Source of the DNA: Zygnema circumcarinatum SAG 698-1b
Taxonomy: Eukaryota > Plantae > Zygnematophyceae
DNA length: 64,000 bases
Reading direction: 5' to 3'
Assembly (NCBI GenBank): GCA_037447605.1
Contig: CM074807.1
Span: 2,490,327 to 2,554,326 of the forward strand
Shown here: positions 1-12,858 of the stretch, one piece after another
How the letters are laid out: the number at the start of each line of letters is the position of its first letter
Numbering within the stretch: position 1 is the stretch's first letter
The notes under the pieces: model-generated
The model's input: the letters and a program-made list of their open reading frames with translations, nothing else
What the model was told of the DNA's origin: nothing
The model's database searches: none
Translations under genes and position numbers: made by a program

Positions 1-80
1 TCCAGGAGCCCTTAAGGAAAGAAACAGAAGCGCCAGTTACAGTGCTAGAGGAAAGCAAGAGTATTGTAGGGAGAAATTAC

Positions 81-405
81 CACAGTGACTGAGATCCAGC
101 GCTCCTGTGTTTGCAGCAACATCAATGCGCGTCTCCAACATACCCTGATTCACTGCGCCCCTCTCTCCATCACTGCACACTTAACGAGGCATGTCCAAGC
201 TAGTCTCATTTAAAACTCCTAACTACAAATTATTTATGTGAAAGCAACCACACAATTCTACAAGTGCACCTCACAGCATTACTATACCTGAAACCGGCGC
301 ACCTGCCGCTGCAACAACCCTTCCTTCCCTGCTCCACTCCTGTGCTGTTGAACAGGAGGTTCCAAACAAGAATGCCCTATGAGCAGGAGCAGCAATTGCC
401 GCCAT
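81..405 (-). CDS. 5' part of a probable plastid-targeted leucine-rich-repeat protein; continues off the left edge
   Basis: ATG at 405 opens the transit-peptide-like MAAIAAPAHRAFLFGTSCST..., with donor CAG|GTATAA near 287. The downstream exon (to 81) encodes MLETRIDVAANTGALDLSHC|G, resembling an LRR N-cap plus first LxLS repeat. The acceptor choice is ambiguous. Confidence 0.4.
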
Positions 406-1757
406 AATTTCGTGAAGGAAAAACTCTTCAGATACAATACGGTAATAGTAAACCCAGAATTACTGTTTGCAAAGCTCCGTGATGAAGGCGCTGTTTCTGA
501 GAAGTAGCGGAGCCGTGGCGGTTCAAAGAAGGGCGCTTGAAAATCCCAATCGAAGCGAGCGCTGCCCTGCTCTGCATTTCTGCAAGCCGCTGTGTGCACA
601 CGTATTGGAGGAATTTGGAAGGAAATCATGCATCACCCACTCTTGGCAGGAGAAGAGAGGAGGAGTTCTGTGCCAACTATTCTTCAGGATATCATAGCAC
701 AGGCTTTCAGAGGACGGGTTAGTATATGGAACTTGTTGGGGACACATTTTCATGAAAGAGAATGTGTTTCTGTCCATTTTGTGCAGTCTTCAGTTTTCAT
801 GGAAACACCACCACTTTGCCTTAGTTTCTCTATTCTAATGTATTCAATATGGAGAGAGTCCTACGCTTTCTTACAATAAAGGCCTGGCGTCTTACTAATT
901 TCATTGTAGTATCCTGGCTACGTCATATTAAAATACTCCTTAAGTGCATGACTTCTGCCCTTCTGCTGTCGGCAACCATGACCTTATCAGTTAAAAGGTG
1001 ATTTGAGTGCAAATCAAGTTAAGGGCATGTCGAAACGAACAGAGACGAGCAAAAGTTGCGTACTGGCTTGACTGCAGGAGATACTGAAATTTAAGAAAAG
1101 GTTCATCTATGTGCCTAGACACAAAAGAAAAAAAAACTTTTCGTGAAAACTCGTTTTATTCATGGATTTGGAAATAAGGAATAAGATCGTGACACATGCA
1201 ATTGACCACAATTATTGCATTTCCCATTTTCAGGTTCTATTACAGCCCTGCAAAGGAATTAGGGTTTAACTGCTGCAAAACTAATATTTTGTTCACAAAC
1301 TGGAAGAAAACAGACCGGACTTTTAAGTTGATCAACGCTAACGAGTCCAGAATAGCCGAGGAGGTCACGCCAAAGAAGAATGCACTTTATGTTCTTAGCC
1401 TTGTCACCAGCACAGGAAATGGATTGAGATCTAAGGCAAGAAGAGGAATTACATCGCAGTAAATACGTTTGCTCAAGATTCTTGCATTCATCTGCCTGAC
1501 TCAGTATTCTTCCATAACGCCTGGCTACTTCTCTGAAGGTCTTTAAGTGCCTACTCTTTTTTTGCATCTCTGGTCGAAATTCTTAAACTTCTCGATGTCG
1601 CCCTTTTGTCCATGCATTGCCAGGGGGCACTTGCTTGCTTGTCCTGTCTTTTCCTCGTTGCTGTCCTCCTTAACCGTTTGATGCCGCAGGCCTTTCTGCC
1701 TATTCGTTGTTGTGATGAAGGTCAGTGATTTTCTTGAGCTCTTCTGTCGACCCTCTG

Positions 1758-4125
1758 ATGCAGACGAATGCTGAAGCAGATTTCGAGGCTGAGGATGTGA
1801 CTCATCCCCCTGCACGAGAAGTCAGGAGGTCAGAGGTATGCATCTAAACAACTTCGCGTCCAAAAAATGGCGAGCCTTCTGACTGAAGAATATTACCCTG
1901 TTTCATTCTGCTCTTCATTGGGCTTTTTCAATGTCGACTACCTGGCACTTCACAAACTTCTTTTAGAAACTTCATTGCTGTTGTATATTTACTTTGTTTA
2001 CTCATACATGGATTCGAACCCTTTTGTATGACACTCAGTTAGATCCTTTACGCTTGTCGTGGCGATCTACAGGCTGTTGACTTAAAACCCTTTGTGACGG
2101 AGACAATTCATCTTGAGCGTGGTCTGACGTTGCTGAAGGTGCATTCGCTCTCCTTATTACAACCGTTCCATAGGCACTCCTCCTATCCTATGTATTGGAA
2201 AAGAATGTGTATAGCATGGCACTACTTTGAGGTTGCTTGGAGATCCAGGGAGGAGAATTCAAAAGACCTATTGGCTTGTTCCAGTTGTCAAGTTTTAATA
2301 GTAATTGTGCTGTAGTGGAGGCCAAGTTTATCAACAGGCTGTTGGCTTTCCGCTGCTGCCGGTTTCCAGGGGAGGATATCTACAGCAGAAGTAATGGGTA
2401 CAGACAACCCCAACTCTGATCTGGTTCCTGGAAAGTATGAAGGTAAGCAGTTGTATAGACTGCACATCAACCACCCAGTTTGACGTGTAAGTTGGCAGGT
2501 GGAAATGTTTCCAAGGTACTAACTATTGATTCGTGGTAAGTTTTTTTTTTTTATTTGTGCAGGCGGTTTAAAGTTGTGGGAATGCGCCATTGATTTGATC
2601 GAGGCTATGCGTCGAGAAATGCAAGATGGTCACCTTGTTTTTCGAGGAAAGGACGTCCTTGAGGTGCACCAAAACACCTCAGCAACACTCTCTGATTGGT
2701 CATTGGAAGCCGAGTTTCAGCTCTTTATTTATGTTGCTTTCTTCACAGTCTTCTCTGTCCAGTGTTCTTTCTCACCTGCTGCTCTGAAACTTTGGTTGAG
2801 CAGCTTGGATGTGGTCACGGGCTTCCCGGCATCCTCGCATGCTTAAAGGTGAGTTTTTTCTCATGAAACGAGCATGTCTAAACTGTACTGAGTAAATCAC
2901 ATCGATAGCTGAAATGAAATGCGGTGTTCTACGTGACTGAGAGACGTGTGGCTAACTGATTGCTGACAAATGACGGGGGACGCATTTTTCCCAGGGAGCC
3001 TCCAAGGTGCATTTTCAGGACTACAATGAAGAGGTTCTTCTCCGTCTGACAATCCCGAATGTGGAAGCCAACCTGGCTGCTGTTGAGCAGGCATCTAAGT
3101 CTACTATAGACACGGAGGCTGCAACCGTAAGATCCCCGAATCATATTCCCGAAATACGATTCTTTGCGGGGGATTGGGGGGATATGACTTCTCTGTTTTC
3201 CCTCGCACGACTCCCTGAAGATGCAGACGAAGGAATTCTATCTGTAAATGAGGAGGCAGCTAGCCGAGGAGGAGCTGCAGAACCTGCAGAGTTGGATTCG
3301 ATTCAATCTCAGAGCAGTGGCAGCCATTCTGATGACACGGAGAATCCCGGCTCTGCTTACCACCGGAGGCTTGCTGGCACACCATCCTTTTATAATCGCA
3401 AGGGGGAAGCAGAAATTAATGAAGGTGGTGGTTATGATGTTATTCTTATGTCTGAAACTGTGTATTCCACACAGTCTATGCCACGGCTACTTGCGCTCAT
3501 AAAGCAGGTGAGTCGTTTAGCATATGCTCCGACTAACATGGTTGAACAGATTATACACTTCCTGCGAATGCTCAAAGTGCATTGGTACCATCCCACTGGT
3601 GAATTTCGTATTACTGAATGTGCTGTAAGTTGTCTGCAGTGCCTTCGGCGGCCCTATGGAGTGGTCTACCTGGCAGGGAAGAAACATTACTTTGGAGTGG
3701 GAGGTGGGACCCGCCAGTTCAGGTCAATGGTGGAAGACGATGGTGAGTTATGGCATGTAGGTCTAATAGGTGGTAAATGACGTAAGAGGAAAGAATGTGG
3801 AGAATATGACATTGGATTTGTGCTGTGAAGATGAAGCCAATAAAGTAGAAACGCCTGTATCGGAAATTCGTAACGTGCATGGAGGCGCAGCCAACTCGCA
3901 AAAAAGAAGTGGAAGCAAGTCACTTCTGACTACTGGTTCACTGACTTTGTTTGGAGACAAGCACAGAAAAGTTCATCATTTTGCTGTGTGATGGCAATGA
4001 TCCAGTCGCACTAATGGGGCCCTCCTGATTCTCCTGCAGGAGTCCTGCATTCACATCTAGTGAAAGAGTGGGCTGATGGCAGCTCTAATGTTCGTGAGAT
4101 TTGGAAGTTCTTCTTTAAGACATGA
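1758..4125 (+). CDS. METTL18: Histidine protein methyltransferase 1 (METTL18/HPM1-like), spliced; start codon uncertain
   Basis: GT-AG exons encode GRISTAEVMG..NSDLVPGKYE|GGLKLWECAIDL..VLE|LGCGHGLPGILACLK (SAM motif I)|GASKVHFQDYNEEVL..FFAGDW..YDVILMSETVYS..|YGVVYLAGKKHYFGVGGGTRQF|..SNVREIWKFFFKT-TGA(4125). Confidence 0.85.
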
Positions 4126-5261
4126 TGCGCCTTCTTTCAAGTGTACCTCTCTCGGCATCCGAGTTTGTAAAAGGCGGCAAATGGTTGCAGGGTCTGCCTT
4201 CGCCCGGAGGAGCAATATCCTCCTATTACCATCCGCCAGAAAGAAGCATGTGCCGAAAATTAGGGCGTCAATGCAGTTAGCTGTGCAGGAAGCTTCGTTT
4301 ACATGAGGCTATGTAAATATAAGGCCCTGTACCGGGTAATACATTAGGGATGGCGAATTCCAGCCATACCATGAATAGCTCCTATCCGTCCATTCATGCT
4401 GCTGCAAGTGCTCATCGTTTGTCACCACAGCCTGAACTGAACTAAGCGCTGGCTCTATGCGCTTGGAGCCTTTATATTGGAAGTCAGTCACAAGCCTTTT
4501 TGGAATTGGTCTGAGGGAGCAGGCTTTCATACTAGCAAAGACTTCAAAAAAAGAATGTCTAAAAATGTGTCGTAAAGGACGACTGAAGGTGGTTGCACTT
4601 TGAATCGAGCCTCCGAGGGTAGATATGGCGTTCTCTGGCTTGATGAGAGGCATCAAGCACGGCGGATAGATATGATTGGACATGGAATGCCCTGGAGCGT
4701 GAAAACCGCATCTTTGACCTATAGCAGGCGTTAGACTGAACAACTCGTACTAAAAAATCGAACTATCGTCATTGCCACGACTACCGAGAGTTGATTTCAA
4801 CGGAACGGAACATGCCAAAAGCAACGGTTAGCGAGTACTGTATAGAAAATAACTGGCCCCATGTAGCTTTAACTTACCTTTTTCCACTCAGCATGGGCTG
4901 AATTCTGAAGCAGGCTGTTATAGGGAGGTTCAATGGAACGAAAGGAAAACAAGGAATGCAAAGGATGCAGTAACCATGCAGGAGAGAGTACCATAAAAGA
5001 ATACCCTATGAGAAGTTCTCTTTGACAAGTATCTCTATAAGTAAGTGATGCCGCACGGAAAGTACAAGGTAGGTTTAAATAATTTGTCAATGGTATATGC
5101 TACATATATACGAATGAAGCCTGCATTGCATCCCCAAATCTGCTGCCTAAAACGAACTAGAGCTCAGACTTGGCGACCTAACAACTACGAGCACATATTT
5201 GTTAGACAGTTTGCTCCAGCCCTACACTAAATCCAGATTGAATAACGAATAAAATGGAAGA

Positions 5262-8200
5262 TCACCTTTGCTTAAAAAGCATCTGAGACAGTGTTCCGCA
5301 AACATCTAAAGCTGCGAGTTTAAGTTGATGTTCAAGGCAGTCCAAGCAGATAGATTTCGCACCATCTGCCTGCAGAGTATCGGTGACTGAATGGGAGCAC
5401 TTGCCGGCTTTATGTAAATGCATCATTGCATGCGTCGCCTGCTGTGAAATGGTCTTAAATTGCTCCTTGCCTGTCAAACGGCAAAGATAAACCATCAGGG
5501 GAAAGTGATAAGCTTTTGCACTAGCAATTGAAGCAAAAAACTCAATTTGAGGGAGGCACTGTGACTGTGAATTTTAGCATTGGTAGAACTTCCAGCGCTG
5601 ACAGACTACTCTCTCAGAAGGGCGCATGAGGCTACTCCTGCATACAACTACAAGGTTTTGATATCTCGACGGTAGTCTAAAGAGTGTGCCACATCTTTCT
5701 TCAAGCGTATGAAAAGGTCGTCTTGTCAACAGGCCAGCTTCGAGTATCGATGCTCGGGGCTTCTAGACCCCAAGCAATTCTACATTAAAAAAGCGGTTAA
5801 CCACAAATGCAAGTGAATATAACAACCAGGATTCAGGTAGAACTCACCAATGCACCCAGATTTATAGCTGGGTAATAGGCCATCCTTCACTTTTCTGGCT
5901 ATTCTCTCTTTAAATGCCTTCAAAATTTGTCGTTCACCTTCCGAATATTTAACGGCAACTCGTCTCACACTAATGCTAGCCACCATCTCATCTCCCTCAA
6001 TGGGCAATGCTGAGGCCTGTGCAGCATCCTCAGGCCTCCGGTGCTTTGCACGCAGACTTTCTTGGGAAAGCATACGTTTTGAAACCTCATCTGCCCCTCC
6101 GTTCCTTTCTCTGCTCGAAACTCCTCCCTCGATTCGGCTTGGGACCGGGCAGGCTAAGTTAATATGGGATGCCATTGGAACTTCTGCATGTTTTATGCTC
6201 CCGTCTCGTGCTTTCAGGAGGCTGTTACTGGAAACTTGCAATGGCTTCTTTTCAGAGTCAGCGTGCAAATGTCTAGCCTGACATTCTGAATGGCGACCGC
6301 CTGTTGCACAATTATCGCCATTGTTTTCTGGCTCGTCGGAGACAAGCTCTCGCAGGAGCTTTTCCCTGTTTGAGCTTTTCCACAAATCATCTGTACTCCC
6401 ATAATCCTTATAACTTCCTTGGCTGGCATCGCAATACTGTGGAAGCCTAAGCGCAGAGTCTGTCAATTCAGAGGGTGGACAATGTGGTAAGTCGTCAAAT
6501 GACGCTGCTGGGAAAATCATAGCTTCGCTTTTGTGGGAGCCTCCAGCTTTCTCTTTTGTAAAGCACTGCTTGTTTTCATACAGCTCTGCTGCATTCTGAC
6601 CAAGATGCATGCCCCCTTGGCTTTCTTGATCAAGTTTGCTATGGGTCCAAGAACTTGTACTACTAATGTTTCCATCGAGGAACGTTTGCACACCTAAATA
6701 CCTTTCGTCAGCCATCTCAGTAACATCATTAAACGTGATCCTCCTGTGAGAGGATGAATTCTCTCCCTTCGCAAGCCTCTCCTTGCTTATATTGCTCTTA
6801 TTTTTATAACCTGCCCTCCTCGAATCTTGGCACTGGCTTGCTGGAAAGTTTGAATCAGGTTGCTCTGCAACTTCACGAGGTGGTCGTGGCTCTAACACTT
6901 GATGACTAAGGTGTGCCAAGGACTCCATGGGCGGTAAACAGGAGAGGTCCTGCAATTTTCCTGAGAGATTGGATTCCCTGAGTTGAAGACCCTCTAGCTC
7001 ACAAGTGTCCACTAAACCCCCTCTACGTGCGGTATATACATTCTCGTGTAAGTTCCCTTCTACAGTATCTTTGGTGAAACTCATGGTGTCTTGCAAGCTC
7101 TCTCCTACATATGCACCTTGGACGTTGCGTCTGTTCATGTTCGCCGTATGTGACGCGATACATTCCTTACCCACAGTTCCTTGGTCGGTGTAGTCGGAAT
7201 TGCCGAGGCCTGGGCCTGCATCGGCCTGCATGTCCCTTGTAGCAGCTGGGCCAGAATTGTGTTGCTCTCCTGTACGAGCTTCTATGTGAGGTGAACGCCT
7301 TTGTGAAGATGTACCCGGCGTGGCATGACCACCCCAGTCTAAATGATGCCGTACTCTAATTTCAGTGACTTTGCGTGTAGTCAACGGCCGAATTTCACTT
7401 GATGGCAACAAAGGAGCCGCCAAAGAAGCTCTTTCTGAACCTTGAATGACATCTGAAGTAGTTGTGGCGTACCTTGGCTGGGTGGAAGGTACAGAGGGAC
7501 CCTCGAGAGTATTCAGCTGACTTGGGGACTCGTGACTCGCGACTCGTGGACTCGACTCCCTTGTGGACTCATTACTAGTGTTCTGGATACCGCGATTCTC
7601 ATTCATGCTGCCACTACCACCCCGTAGAGCACGTGCTTGCTCAAGCATTCTCCAAGCTAGTGCCTCTTGCATGTCTTGCGTCTGCCCCAAAAGCCTTGCA
7701 TTTGCAATGTCAATGGCCTGCCTTATTCTCGAGGTAGGGCGTGTGGTTTGTGGCACGCTTACACTTTGCTCTTGGACAAGAGTGGGGCTTCTTCTCACAC
7801 TTTGCCCCGGAAAATCCAGTAGCCCGCGTCGAAGATCATCCCAGTTCTCTCTCAGATTCTGCAGGTGCCCATTCACGACATTCACAGTGCGTGCCTCAAC
7901 TCGTCCTGAACCTGCAATTTCTTGGTGAGACTCGCTGGTTGTACAGTCACTTCCCCCTTCATCCCATATTATGTCTGACGATCCTGATCCTCCTCCCCCC
8001 CATGAACCTCTGACGCTCCGTCGACTGTACCTCTGCCGAGGTTGGCGTGGCACGTCCATCTGCAAGTGAAGGCGGGCACGAATGCCCCTCCCTGCCGGCC
8101 TTTGGCGACTGCGTCCACGGCCGGCACTGGGTCGCCTCTGACGGCTGCGGCCGGCAGTCGCGGGTTCGGGCTCCCACGCGTCAAAGGGGGCCGCGTCGTC

Positions 8201-9217
8201 ACCCATGCAGGAGGGGCAGAGCCAAGTCCCTTCGGGAACTCTGCGGGCCAGCCCAACACAGAAAGTGTGGGCAGCACGGTCACAGCTATCGCAGAGGAGG
8301 AGGAGATTGTCATGAGAATCACCTGTGGGAGGGCAAAGAAAATGGGCGGACACTGAATATATAATAAGCTCATTGTTTATGTTGGAGGTTTCATAAGCTA
8401 TGGTGGTAATAAACAATTAACTTGCCGAAGCACTGGTCTGGGAAAAGTCACCAACAATTTCATGTGCACGAAAGGATGAAAGCAGCAGAGAGCAACTTTA
8501 CCTGAGCATATCATGCACGAAACATGCGCGTATGGTTCAAGGGCTTCAAGAAGTTCCGATTCTGTCTGGAGATATTTCTGTAGGAAAGAAGATGAATTGA
8601 TCAGAAAATATGCTGCTACACTTCAAGCACGAAAGAGTAGTGACAACAGGCTTGGAGCTTGGCATTACTCAGCTACAAAATGTCGGAGTGCGAGTGACTG
8701 AAAAAGAAAGGCTTCTGCAACTAAGAAATTTTGGACGTTGAGATCGTGGAAACTTGTGAAAAGGACACAGTAAAAATACCTGGTCCTTCAAAGGAATACG
8801 ATATGCTGGCTGCCTTCCTTGACGTCCTGAGCGCAAGAGCTCTTCCTTTCTCCGTTGAACTTTGGTAAACCTGCGCTTGCACATGGGACACCGCGATTCC
8901 ACCTTTGCCCACTCCATAATACATGCAAAGCAAAAAATATGCTGACATGAATCCAAGATACCTCGATCCTTCTCCACCTCCTCAGAAAAACAGATACCAC
9001 AGGTGAGTTCCTCGGGGATATCTTCGTCTCCTCCCTCAGGATGGTCATCTTTGTTACTTGCATCGGTTTCATCTGCCTCGATCTTACTGGAAACTTCTTC
9101 ATTTCTTAACGCTGCAACAGCATCCCTGTTGCCGGCATCTTCGCCAGAGCCTTCTAATACTCCTGCTTCAATCCTAGGACGCTTCCGAGCATGGGTGGGA
9201 GATGGCATTGCCTCCAT
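5262..9217 (-). CDS. RING finger + PHD finger protein with long disordered middle and C-terminal SRI-like helical domain (PHRF1-like)
   Basis: Exon 9217-8780 has a C3HC4 RING (CGIC..CQHIFCFACI..CPMC). A small exon plus exon 8322-5848 give a PHD (CMIC|..LLLCDSCDRAAHTFCVGL..WLCPSC). The C-terminus is IARKVKDGLLPSYKSGCI|GKEQFKTISQQATH. The exact last exon is uncertain. Confidence 0.85.
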
Positions 9218-10690
9218 ATCAGAAGAAGGATCAGGCTAGATCGTGAATTTTCCAGCCTTCTTATCAGAAGCTCCGCTAACGTACCATGCTGTAGAATCCC
9301 GCTATAACAGCTACAACTTCTGCACCATTTCAGGGCTCTCTGAAAAGTTTTTGCAGTCATTTGCCATTTTCTTCATGCGTTACGGTCTATTAGGTCAGCA
9401 AATGGAAACAGGAAGTAGGAAAAGGAAGACGCGCCGAACTCATGAACCAGGCCCCCTTAACATGCTCGTTCTGCAAACCCAAAATAATCAACTATCTTCT
9501 CTCTTTTCCTCTCGAGTCTCGTCCCGAGTCCTCCTTCGATACTTGCACGCCGAAAGCAAGTTAATCTTGGTAAGGGGAACGTAGGCCACTCCTTTCGATC
9601 AGCAATTGCGGAGGAAGACGAGCAGGGAAGGAGGAGGTGGACAAAGCAGGGGGCGGGAGACGCGTCGCGTGAGGGCGCGGCGAGAACGTTAAATACGAAA
9701 ATTCACCGGTACGTGTTTCCTCCTCACTCTCCATCAGACCATCACTGTTTCCTTTTTTGACAAGTACGGACGAAACACAAAAACAAACACTCAATAGATC
9801 AGGATGAAGTAAATTCAATCTGAATGTGAGAGGAGAATGAGGTAGAAGCGCTTCGATTTCGGGTTGAGAAACAACGATGGCAACCCACAGCTTCGCAAGG
9901 AAACAACGAGGATGAAACGAGCGGGAGAGCCAACCCGGTTGCATCATAGCCGGCAGTCACATTATTGATAACGTTGTCCTGTATGTTTGTGATCCGCTAC
10001 GTTGCCGGTTCATTATCAGTGTCATCCGTTATTGCAGTGCTCCCGGTCTGCATGATCATGCGATCTACTTGAGCCACCTCCGCATGCAATGCCATTTCTG
10101 AAGGTGAGGCAAACCTGCAACCGCGAGAGGCAGCGAGGCTGTATGGTCGAACTAAAAAAAAGCAGCAGAAGCTGGAATTCAGGAAATCGAAAGTTTGAAC
10201 TGCGTGCTCAGTAAAGAAACAAAGTTGGAGAAGAATTCAACTTGACTTCAGGGTCATGAGGGACATGACTTGCAATGGACGTCGTAAACATATGGAAATG
10301 CGGCGCACCACGTCCTTGACTAAACAAAAATGCAAGCAGTCTAGCAGGTTAGTTTAGGAGAGTTTGGAAGCAGTGGAAAGTGGTTCTGTACAAAGAGGCT
10401 GTCTGCTGTAAATCGGCCGTTGAAATATTCGGGAGGTAGAAGAAAGAATGGCACCGAATGGAGGCTAAAATAGAAAGCGGCAAGAAAGCCAAGATTGTCA
10501 AAACAACAGAGAAACTCTAATGACTGAAAGGATGCTCGAAGTGTTGCCAGGAATAAAACTTATTTGAATATAACCATTAGTTTATTTGAGAGGGAGGAAA
10601 CGATCCACAAGAAATCAAAAGAGTTTTTTTTGGGCAATCTCCGGCCAAAGGTCTGATGCTGGCCTGAATGCTCCATTGGCCATCTCTAAG

Positions 10691-10734
10691 GTTTCTCTCA
10701 CGATGAGGGTTCTCTCACGATGGGGGTTCTCTCA
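10691..10734. repeat. Short 17-bp-period tandem repeat (GGTTCTCTCACGATGRG x ~2.6)
   Basis: gtttctctcacgatgag / ggttctctcacgatggg / ggttctctca read directly. Confidence 0.8.
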
Positions 10735-10873
10735 TTTTTTTATTATTTGTATGCATGTGTGTGAAGACTTACGGCAGGCAGACAGCTTCCTGCCCGGACA
10801 GAGAAGCGCCTCCAAATTTAGGGCGTTGCAGCGCCCCCACAGACGGCCCTGCATTAGCGCCGCCCCGCGCAAT

Positions 10874-11990
10874 CCGATATTGTATCGGTTACGATATTAT
10901 TATAGATACCGATACTATATCGTAGGCGATACTATGTCGTTAGATATGCTAGCAAACAAAACGCTCAGTTTGTTCGGCCGACTATATCGTCAGAGATTAT
11001 ATATCGTCAGATATTTTATATCGTCAGAGATACTATATCGTCAGGCATTAGACTATATCGTTAAAGATTCTATATCGTTGGCGATACTATATCGTTGTAG
11101 ATACTATATCGTTCAAGATACTATATCGTTTGAGATACTATATCGTTGGCGCTACTATATCGTAAAAGATACTATATCAATGACGATACAATATCGTTGG
11201 AGATACTATATCAATGTAGATACTGTATCGAATGCAGATACTATATCGTTGGAGATACTATATCGATGACGGTATTATATCGTTTGCGATACTATATCGG
11301 TCAAGATCCTATATCGTTGGAGATACTATATCGTTAGAAATACTATATCGGTGGAGATACTATATCGTTGGAGATACTATATCGATTGCGATAATATATC
11401 GTGTACGATAGTATCGCAAACAAAATAGTATCGCCAACGATATAGTCTCTCCAACAAAATAGTATCTCCAACGATATAGTATCTCCAACGATATTGTATT
11501 GTCAACGATATAGTATCTTTAACGATATAGTAGCGCCCACGATATATCATTGGAGATACTATATCGTTGGAGATACTATATCGTTGAAGATACTATATCG
11601 ATGGCGATACTATTTCGTTTGCGATACTATATCGTTGAAAATACTTTATTGTTTTAGATATTGTATCGATGGCGATACAATATCGTTTGCGATACTATAT
11701 CGTTGGAGATACTATATCGTTGCTGATACTATATCGATAGCGATACAATATTATTATATTGCAAATATCGGTGGAGATACTGTATGATTATATCGTTTGC
11801 GATACTATATGATTATATCGTTTGCGATACTTTATCTTTGGAGATACTATATCGTTGACGATACTATATTGTTGGCGATACTATATTGTAAGATATATTA
11901 TATCGTTGGCGATACCAGATATAACGATACTATATCGCTGGCAATACTATATCGTTAGTGACTGTATATCGTTGGCGATACTATATCGTT
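10874..11990. repeat. Degenerate tandem array of ~17-bp units (consensus GATACTATATCGTTGGA/GGC), roughly 60 copies, with an inverted block at ~11405-11545
   Basis: Repeats are directly visible. The core CGATA-CTA-TATCG is a 5-bp inverted repeat with a 3-nt spacer. The reverse-orientation block reads AACGATATAGTATCTCC. Confidence 0.95.
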
Positions 11991-12082
11991 GTAGAATACC
12001 CTCCCCCTCCCCTCCCCCTCCCACCCCTCCCCTGCCCTGTCCTCCTCTTCTCTCCTCTTCTCTGTTTGCAATCTCCACAGAA

Positions 12083-12690
12083 ATGCTACCAATTGAGTAT
12101 GAGGCCCGCGATGAGCTTGTACAAGTCATGACCGAGCATTACAAGCACTAAGGATTTCACATCAAAGATCAGTGCACATAGCGACAACCACCGACTCTAC
12201 CTACAATGCTTTAGCGGGGGGGGCAACAAGGGTAGACGTTAGGAAGAGAATAGCAAGAAGAGGCATACCTATAATACCTATAATGTCTACCCTCCAATCC
12301 CAATACAAGAACCAGCATACCTATAATACCTATAATGTCTACCCTCCAATCCCAATACAAGAACCAGCATACGACCAAAAGATTAGTGTACAATGAGATC
12401 GCTGCAATGAGGACAAATTTCTTGGCTAGTCGAACCCCCATTGTGGCCCTAATTGAGACCCTGGGCGCTGACGATTTCATCTTTGAAGTTAGTTCTAGGA
12501 TCGACGGCGTTGTCACAGGTCTATTCGTTAATCACCGGGACTCAGCAAAGCTTGCGAGAGTACAACGTCTTCGTAATGGGTGCGACTTACAAGACGAACC
12601 AATTTGGGCTGAAAATTATTAGGATCACTGCCACTTATTCGCAGGATTTGTGTTTTTACGAGAAGAAACTAAGGATGCGTACGTTTGCAA
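12083..12690 (+). pseudogene. Decayed Mutator-like (MULE/FAR1-type) transposase fragment
   Basis: Across frames: MLPIEYEARDELVQVMTEHYKH*GFHIK; TKRLVYNEIAAMRTNFLASRTPIVALIETL; GLFVNHRDSAKLAR/EYNVFVMGATYKTNQFGLKII; GFVFLREETKDAYV. These match recalled MULE motifs (D.YN..R...L.GRTP..AL; DxTYKTN; F.FL..E..E.Y.W). Contains a premature stop, frameshifts and a D-to-G change at the first catalytic Asp. Confidence 0.8.
12264..12367. repeat. Perfect 52-bp tandem duplication inside the transposase relic
   Basis: catacctataatacctataatgtctaccctccaatcccaatacaagaaccag occurs at 12264-12315 and 12316-12367. Confidence 0.95.
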
Positions 12691-12755
12691 ATGTGTTTGG
12701 GAACGTTGCGCTGATGTGTGATAGGAGAAAATAGGGGGTTGAAAAACCTAAAACA

Positions 12756-12858
12756 GGGGGAGTGGATAGCCAAAATGGAAGTACACTTTTTTTTATGGAA
12801 AAAAAGGGGGAAAGGGTATCCAAAAAAGGGGAGGGTCTATCATTCTCCAAAAAAAAAG
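12756..12858 (+). mobile_element. Degenerate partial copy of the MITE at 23984-24190 (internal segment)
   Basis: Collinear blocks match 24054-24160: gggggag; tagccaaaatggaagtaca vs tagccaacatgaaagtaca; gggtatccaaaaaagggg vs ggatatccaaaaagtgggg; tatcattctccaaa vs tatcattttccaaa. Confidence 0.6.

Noticed and set aside
2000-2075. GGGTTCGAATCC (tRNA T-loop-like) on the minus strand
   Set aside because: No cloverleaf can be formed: the T stem, acceptor stem and D arm do not pair.
4309-4743. 144-aa minus-strand ORF downstream of the RING-PHD gene
   Set aside because: TTG start, no homology recognised, and it lies in the convergent 3' UTR region.
10586-11269. 227-aa ORF and other Y/R/I-rich ORFs over the 17-bp array
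   Set aside because: Low-complexity translation of the tandem repeat; no domain signature.
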